Of a stretch of 43,287 bases of DNA, positions 38,413 through 43,287 are shown one piece after another. The notes beneath the pieces were generated by a model. That model searched no databases. It saw only the letters and a list, made by a program, of their open reading frames with translations, and was not told the DNA's origin. The translations under genes and the position numbers were made by a program. This DNA comes from a bacterium (GTDB lineage: Bacteria > Pseudomonadota > Gammaproteobacteria > Berkiellales > Berkiellaceae), in NCBI GenBank assembly GCA_009927065.1, contig RFNU01000189.1, positions 1 through 43,287 of the forward strand, in the 5' to 3' direction. Numbering within the stretch: the first letter of the stretch is position 1; every line of letters begins with the position of its first letter.

Positions 38413-39153
38413 ATGTTTGTTATTAAAAATTTATCAATTAGTATTCAAGATATAAAAATTATTGAAGACTTTAATTTAACCCTCAAAGAAGGTGAAATGC
38501 ATGTCTTGATGGGCCCTAATGGAAGCGGTAAAAGTACATTAGCGCAAGCAATAGCGGGACACCCTAGTTACACAATAACACAAGGTCATGCTTATTTAAA
38601 TCAACAAGACTTACTGAGTTTACCTGTTCATGAACGAGCACAACAAGGCTTATTTTTAGCGTTTCAATATCCGTTAGAAATACCTGGTGTAAGTCTATTA
38701 AGTTTTTTAAAAACATCTGTTAATGCACATCGTGTTGCACACAAGTTACCCGAGATCGATGCTGTAGATTTTATTCGCTTAGCAAAACAACATATTAAAA
38801 CCGTTGGGCTCGATGAAAGCTTCTTATACCGCTCCTTTAATGATGGGTTCAGTGGTGGTGAAAAAAAACGTTGTGAGTTATTACAGCTTCTTTTAGTCGA
38901 TCCTCAGTTGATTATTCTTGACGAAACTGATTCTGGTTTAGATATTGATGCTTTACGGATGATTGCAGAAGTCATTCAATCATTACGCGATAGTAAACGA
39001 ATTTTTTTAGTGATCACGCATTATCAGCGGTTACTCGAATATCTTCAACCAGATGTTATTCATATCTTTGCAAAAGGCAAAATTAGTTGTACAGGCGATA
39101 TGGGGATTGCGCATCTTCTAGAAGAACATGGTTATAAATATTTCCTTGCATAG
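38413..39153 (+). CDS. sufC: Fe-S cluster assembly ATPase SufC
   Basis: 246 aa. Walker A GPNGSGKST, signature FSGGEKKR, Walker B ILDETDSGLD. Confidence 0.96.
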   Translation: MFVIKNLSISIQDIKIIEDFNLTLKEGEMHVLMGPNGSGKSTLAQAIAGHPSYTITQGHAYLNQQDLLSLPVHERAQQGLFLAFQYPLEIPGVSLLSFLKTSVNAHRVAHKLPEIDAVDFIRLAKQHIKTVGLDESFLYRSFNDGFSGGEKKRCELLQLLLVDPQLIILDETDSGLDIDALRMIAEVIQSLRDSKRIFLVITHYQRLLEYLQPDVIHIFAKGKISCTGDMGIAHLLEEHGYKYFLA

Positions 39154-39168
39154 GCAGATTAATTTCTT

Positions 39169-40176
39169 ATGAATACACCTCCTCAAGTTTCTTTAAAATA
39201 TATTCCTATAGACAAATTACCAGTCAATGAGCCCCTTTCTAATGAACCATGGGTTGGCACAGAAGTTCCTGGCTGGATTAATTTAAACAAATGTATTCAA
39301 GCTTCTTGTAATAATCAATGGGGTGATTTTGCAAAGGGTCAATCGCATGAATTGAAACAACGCCTTTCTTCTGGATGCTATAGTCTAACATTATCACCAG
39401 ATCTGGTGAGTGGGCGCGTACATCTCTCAGTTAATTTAACCATTACTGAAGGTGAAACTGTAGAACTGATGCTTCATGTTTCAGAACTATCCGGCAATCA
39501 ATGGGCTGATCTGAAAAGTAAAATTACCGTAGAAAAACATGCTCATTTGAAATTAACAGTTTTATCTTATACGCTACAAAGTGCTCCTATCACAAGTATT
39601 GTTGAGTGTGAAGTTCTAGAGTATGCACAATTTGATGCTTTTTATGCTGTCTTAAAAGGGAGCTTTCATTATCAGTCTTTAGCCGTGCAATTACATCACC
39701 ATGCTCGCTCTGATGTGCATGGATTGATTCTTACCAATAAACAAGACTATCGCGGGTTTGAGCCGTGTGTAGAGCATAGAGGCGCTCATACAGCATCAAA
39801 AATGGTTGTTAGAACGATTGCTCAAGGTCCATCAAAAACATTTGTTCATGGATTAATTACAGTCCATCCTGGGGCCAAAGAAGTGCAGGCGGATTATTTA
39901 AATCATAATTTGATGTTGTCTGATAAGGCGTCCGTTATAGCACAGCCAGAATTAGATATAGAGTTTGATGATCTTGCTTGTTCTCATGGCGTAACTTTGG
40001 GATCATTGGATGATCAAGCTCTTTTTTATTTACAATCTAGGGGAATCCCTTTAATTGAAGCTAAAGTGATGTTAATAGAATCATTTGCTCAAGAAATTTT
40101 AGGCCATTGTTCTAAAAAAGTCCCTTTTAATTTGAGAGAATTATTTATTCACAGCCTTCAACTTTTATTGGATTAA
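39169..40176 (+). CDS. sufD: Fe-S cluster assembly protein SufD (short form)
   Basis: 335 aa between sufC and sufS. C-terminal SufB/D-type beta-helix region (CSHGVTLGSLDDQALFYLQSRGI). Confidence 0.85.
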   Translation: MNTPPQVSLKYIPIDKLPVNEPLSNEPWVGTEVPGWINLNKCIQASCNNQWGDFAKGQSHELKQRLSSGCYSLTLSPDLVSGRVHLSVNLTITEGETVELMLHVSELSGNQWADLKSKITVEKHAHLKLTVLSYTLQSAPITSIVECEVLEYAQFDAFYAVLKGSFHYQSLAVQLHHHARSDVHGLILTNKQDYRGFEPCVEHRGAHTASKMVVRTIAQGPSKTFVHGLITVHPGAKEVQADYLNHNLMLSDKASVIAQPELDIEFDDLACSHGVTLGSLDDQALFYLQSRGIPLIEAKVMLIESFAQEILGHCSKKVPFNLRELFIHSLQLLLD

Positions 40177-40181
40177 CGCTT

Positions 40182-41393
40182 ATGATCTTTAATATTAGAA
40201 ACGATTTTCCATTAATAGATCGCCCACCTTACCATCCTTTTTGTTATGCTGATAGCGCATCTACAACCCAGAAGCCTTACAGTGTTATTCAAGCTGTCAG
40301 CGATCATTATCGGCTTCACAACGCTAATATTCATCGCGGTGCCTATCGCTTAAGTGAACAAGCTACTGAGGTGTTTGAGCAAGCTCGCTCTCTTGTTGCT
40401 CATTATTTCCATGCTAATCCTGATGGTGTCGTGTTTTGCCGTTCAGCGACAGAGACATTAAATTTATTGGCTCACTCTTTATGTCAAAAGCTCCAGCCAG
40501 GAGAAGGCATACTGCTTTCATTGTTAGAGCATCATGCTAATATTGTTCCATGGCAGCAAGCTGCAGCCCGTTATGGATTGAACATTTATTGGTTAAATAT
40601 CACCAACGATGGTGTTATTGATGAAGATCATTTTCGTCAGATATTCAAACTTCATCATATTAAAATTGTTTCTTTATTAGCAGTTTCAAATACATTAGGC
40701 ACTAAACAAGATTTAGGTAAGTTTTTTAGAATTGCTAAAGAATATCAAGCTACGACAATTGCTGATTGTTGCCAAAGTTTTTTAGATTCAGTTTCATTAA
40801 AAGCCCTACACGCTGATGCGCTTGTTTGCTCTAGTCATAAAATGTATGGCCCTAGTGGTGTTGGTTGTTTAGTGACAACTTCAGAATTTTTGGAATCATT
40901 GCCCTGTTATCAAACAGGTGGAGGAATGATTCAATATGTTACCCGGGATCATAGTCTTTTTTTAACAGGCCCTGCTCGTTTTGAAGCTGGAACACCGAAT
41001 ATTGAAGGCGTTGTTGGTTTTGCTGCCGCACTTGAGTACTTAAAGAAGCTGGATCGAGAAGAAGCTTATGATTATTATGATAGTCTTGTGCGTTATGGAT
41101 TAGAGCAATTTAGAAATTTAGGTGATTATGAGCTTTTAGCCTCTCAAAATGCACATCGTGCTGCTATTTTTTCATTCAGCCATCCTAAAATACATGCTCA
41201 TGATTTATCTACTTATCTTGATAGTATGCATGGTATTTGCGCTAGAGCTGGACATCATTGTACGATGCCTTTGCTTGAAGCCTTAGGAAAATCTGCAACC
41301 ATACGGTTTTCATTTAGCTTGTATAACACGTTAGATGAAATTCGATACTGCGCAGAAGCTTTACGTAAAGCAGAGGAGTTTTTTAATGTCTGA
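40182..41393 (+). CDS. sufS: cysteine desulfurase SufS (group II)
   Basis: 403 aa. PLP Lys in SSHKMYGPSG and catalytic Cys in RAGHHCTMP. Confidence 0.94.
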   Translation: MIFNIRNDFPLIDRPPYHPFCYADSASTTQKPYSVIQAVSDHYRLHNANIHRGAYRLSEQATEVFEQARSLVAHYFHANPDGVVFCRSATETLNLLAHSLCQKLQPGEGILLSLLEHHANIVPWQQAAARYGLNIYWLNITNDGVIDEDHFRQIFKLHHIKIVSLLAVSNTLGTKQDLGKFFRIAKEYQATTIADCCQSFLDSVSLKALHADALVCSSHKMYGPSGVGCLVTTSEFLESLPCYQTGGGMIQYVTRDHSLFLTGPARFEAGTPNIEGVVGFAAALEYLKKLDREEAYDYYDSLVRYGLEQFRNLGDYELLASQNAHRAAIFSFSHPKIHAHDLSTYLDSMHGICARAGHHCTMPLLEALGKSATIRFSFSLYNTLDEIRYCAEALRKAEEFFNV

Positions 41394-41844
41394 TTTAATG
41401 GCTTTATATCAAGAAATTATTATTGATCACGGCAGAAAGCCAAGATTTTTTTTTAAACCAGAGTGTTATACGTGTGATGAAGAGGCTTTTAATCCGTTAT
41501 GTGGAGATAAAGTGCATTTATATGCAGATGTTAAGGACGGAATGGTCAAAAACATCAGTTTTGAAGGCCAGGGCTGTGCTATTTCAATGGCATCAACTTC
41601 CTTAATGTTAGAAATCATGCAAGGCCGGACATTTACAGAGATTCGGGTATTATTTAATAACTTTCATCAAATGATTGTGCAGAATAAAGCATTTGATCGT
41701 GAATATGAAGAAATTTTAGAAAAAATTGCTATTTTAAAAGGCGTGCAACAGTACCCATCACGCGTTAAATGCGCCACATTAGCTTGGCATGCTCTTGACT
41801 TGATGATAAAAAAACATGAGGCTAATCATGGTTCAGCAATCTAA
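41386..41844 (+). CDS. sufU: SufU-type (zinc-dependent) sulfur-transfer/scaffold-like protein
   Basis: ATG at 41386 after GAGGAG, overlapping the sufS stop. Ligand motifs NPLCGDKV, GQGCAISMAS and RVKCATLAW (Lys, not His, before the third Cys; no LPPVK). Confidence 0.85.
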   Translation: MSDLMALYQEIIIDHGRKPRFFFKPECYTCDEEAFNPLCGDKVHLYADVKDGMVKNISFEGQGCAISMASTSLMLEIMQGRTFTEIRVLFNNFHQMIVQNKAFDREYEEILEKIAILKGVQQYPSRVKCATLAWHALDLMIKKHEANHGSAI

Positions 41845-42367
41845 AACCGCTATTTTATCTCGAGATGTGGAAGGAGTGTTAATTCCTGCAGGAACACCGA
41901 TTGTGTTACCTGAAGGCATGCCTGTCCAAATTACACAAGCATTAGGTCATTCATTAACATTATTTGTGAATGGCAATCTTGTCCGTTTGTATGGACACGA
42001 TGCTGATGCTGTCGGGTATGATTTTTCAGTACCGGCTATTAACAATGAAAATGGCTCTTTGACAGAAGGAGATGTTATGACAGCATTGCGTAACATTTAT
42101 GATCCTGAAATCCCCGTTAACATTGTAGACTTAGGATTGATTTATGATTGTGAAATACAAAATCATGAGAAAGGAATTTTTCTTAAAATGACAATGACGC
42201 TGACAGCTCCAGGCTGTGGAATGGGGCCAATTTTAGCACAAGATGTTGAGCGTGTATGCAAAAGCTTTAAAAATGTTTATGATGCCCATGTTGATGTTGT
42301 TTTTGATCCACCATGGAGACACGATATGATGACAGAAGCTGCAAAATTACAATTAGGTTTGATTTAA
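41828..42367 (+). CDS. sufT: long-form SufT (DUF59/MIP18 Fe-S assembly protein)
   Basis: ATG at 41828, 6 nt after GAGG. The N-terminal domain ILSRDVEGVLIPAGTPIVLPEGMPVQITQALG is followed by the DUF59 core ALRNIYDPEIPVNIVDLGLIYD. Confidence 0.85.
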   Translation: MVQQSKTAILSRDVEGVLIPAGTPIVLPEGMPVQITQALGHSLTLFVNGNLVRLYGHDADAVGYDFSVPAINNENGSLTEGDVMTALRNIYDPEIPVNIVDLGLIYDCEIQNHEKGIFLKMTMTLTAPGCGMGPILAQDVERVCKSFKNVYDAHVDVVFDPPWRHDMMTEAAKLQLGLI

Positions 42368-42383
42368 TTAGGATAAAAAAGAT

Positions 42384-43287
42384 ATGAGTTTAAGTTGTGG
42401 ATTGGTTGGTTTGCCAAATGTGGGGAAATCAACATTATTTAATGCCCTTACTAAGTTAGGAATAGAAGCGCAAAATTATCCATTTTGTACAATTGAGCCG
42501 AATATTGGATTAGTTGTTGTTCCTGATCCACGTTTGCAGAAAATTTCACAACTTTGTAAACCGTTAAAAATTATTGAAACAATGATTCAGTTTGTTGATA
42601 TTGCCGGTCTTGTTGAGGGAGCTTCAAAAGGAGAAGGATTGGGGAATCAATTTTTACACAATATCCGTGAAACTCATGCGATTTGTCATATTATTCGTTG
42701 TTTTGATGATCCGGATATTACACATGTTTGTGGCTCAGTCAATCCTGTCAGAGATGCCAAAATTATTGAACAAGAACTGATTTTGAGTGATATGGAAGCG
42801 ATCGAAAAAATGCTGGAGAAAAAACGTAAATTAGCTAAATCAGGTAATAAAGACGTTATGTTAGAGGTTGAGCACTTAAAGGCTTTACTCACTCACTTAG
42901 AACAAAACTTACCCATTAGAACTCATGAATTAGCACCATTATATTCAACGTTTATTACAGCCAAGCCATTGCTTTATATAGCTAATACTCAAGATGATAA
43001 TTATGATTCTTTAAATCCTTGGGTTGAGCAGTTACAATCTTTTGCTAAACAAAATGGTGCAGAGAGCTTAGTTCTTAATGCAGCTTTAGAAGCTGAAATC
43101 GCTTGTTTAGATTCGGAAGATCAAAAAGATTTTTTATCCAGTTTACATGCAGAAGAACCGGGTTTGCATCGTTTGATCCGCAAAACCTATGAAATGCTTA
43201 ATCTACAAACATTCTTTACCGCTGGGGAAAAAGAAGTTCGGGCCTGGACTATTAAAAAAGATACAAAAGCTCCACAAGCTGCAGGAG
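42384..43287 (+). CDS. ychF: ribosome-binding ATPase YchF (5' part; the ORF runs off the window end)
   Basis: My own translation from the ATG at 42384: MSLSCGLVGLPNVGKSTLFNALTKLGIEAQNYPFCTIEPNIG...DIAGLVEGASKGEGLGNQFL...TFFTAGEKEVRAWTIKK. It is open through 43287. It is absent from the ORF track, presumably because no stop codon is in view. Confidence 0.93.
   Translation, partial: MSLSCGLVGLPNVGKSTLFNALTKLGIEAQNYPFCTIEPNIGLVVVPDPRLQKISQLCKPLKIIETMIQFVDIAGLVEGASKGEGLGNQFLHNIRETHAICHIIRCFDDPDITHVCGSVNPVRDAKIIEQELILSDMEAIEKMLEKKRKLAKSGNKDVMLEVEHLKALLTHLEQNLPIRTHELAPLYSTFITAKPLLYIANTQDDNYDSLNPWVEQLQSFAKQNGAESLVLNAALEAEIACLDSEDQKDFLSSLHAEEPGLHRLIRKTYEMLNLQTFFTAGEKEVRAWTIKKDTKAPQAAG

Overview
This is an AT-rich bacterial chromosome segment. 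Gene content and order look gammaproteobacterial, resembling Legionellales/Coxiellaceae-type host-associated lineages, but I cannot identify the organism from sequence alone. About 95% of it is tightly packed core housekeeping genes, nearly all on the + strand. In order: a PAS sensor histidine kinase and an orphan LivK-like periplasmic binding protein; an eroded rlmE-like remnant; ftsH-glmM-tpiA-secG-tRNA-Leu(GAG); the complete 14-gene nuoA-N complex I operon; initiator tRNA-fMet; nusA-infB-rbfA-truB-rpsO-pnp; a divergent corB-like gene and ffh; a 344-aa ORFan; ohr; a ~470-nt gene-free spacer; rplY-pth; a sufB-C-D-S-U-T Fe-S assembly operon; and the 5' part of ychF. ychF is open to the window end and is therefore missing from the supplied ORF track. 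I see no CRISPR array, IS/transposon, phage or integrase gene, toxin-antitoxin pair or defence island. I cannot honestly point to a clear new multi-gene system. Points worth a second look:
1. The ORFan/ohr/spacer segment between ffh and rplY is the only accessory-looking DNA.
2. The kinase plus orphan binding protein pair has no transporter, and the kinase has a degenerate N-box.
3. Conserved operons show reductive evolution: an rlmE remnant upstream of ftsH, no folP between ftsH and glmM, no rimP between metY and nusA, and a TpiA substituted at normally invariant motifs.
4. A SufU/SufT-type SUF operon sits between pth and ychF.
All homology calls are by-eye motif recognition. No database search was run.
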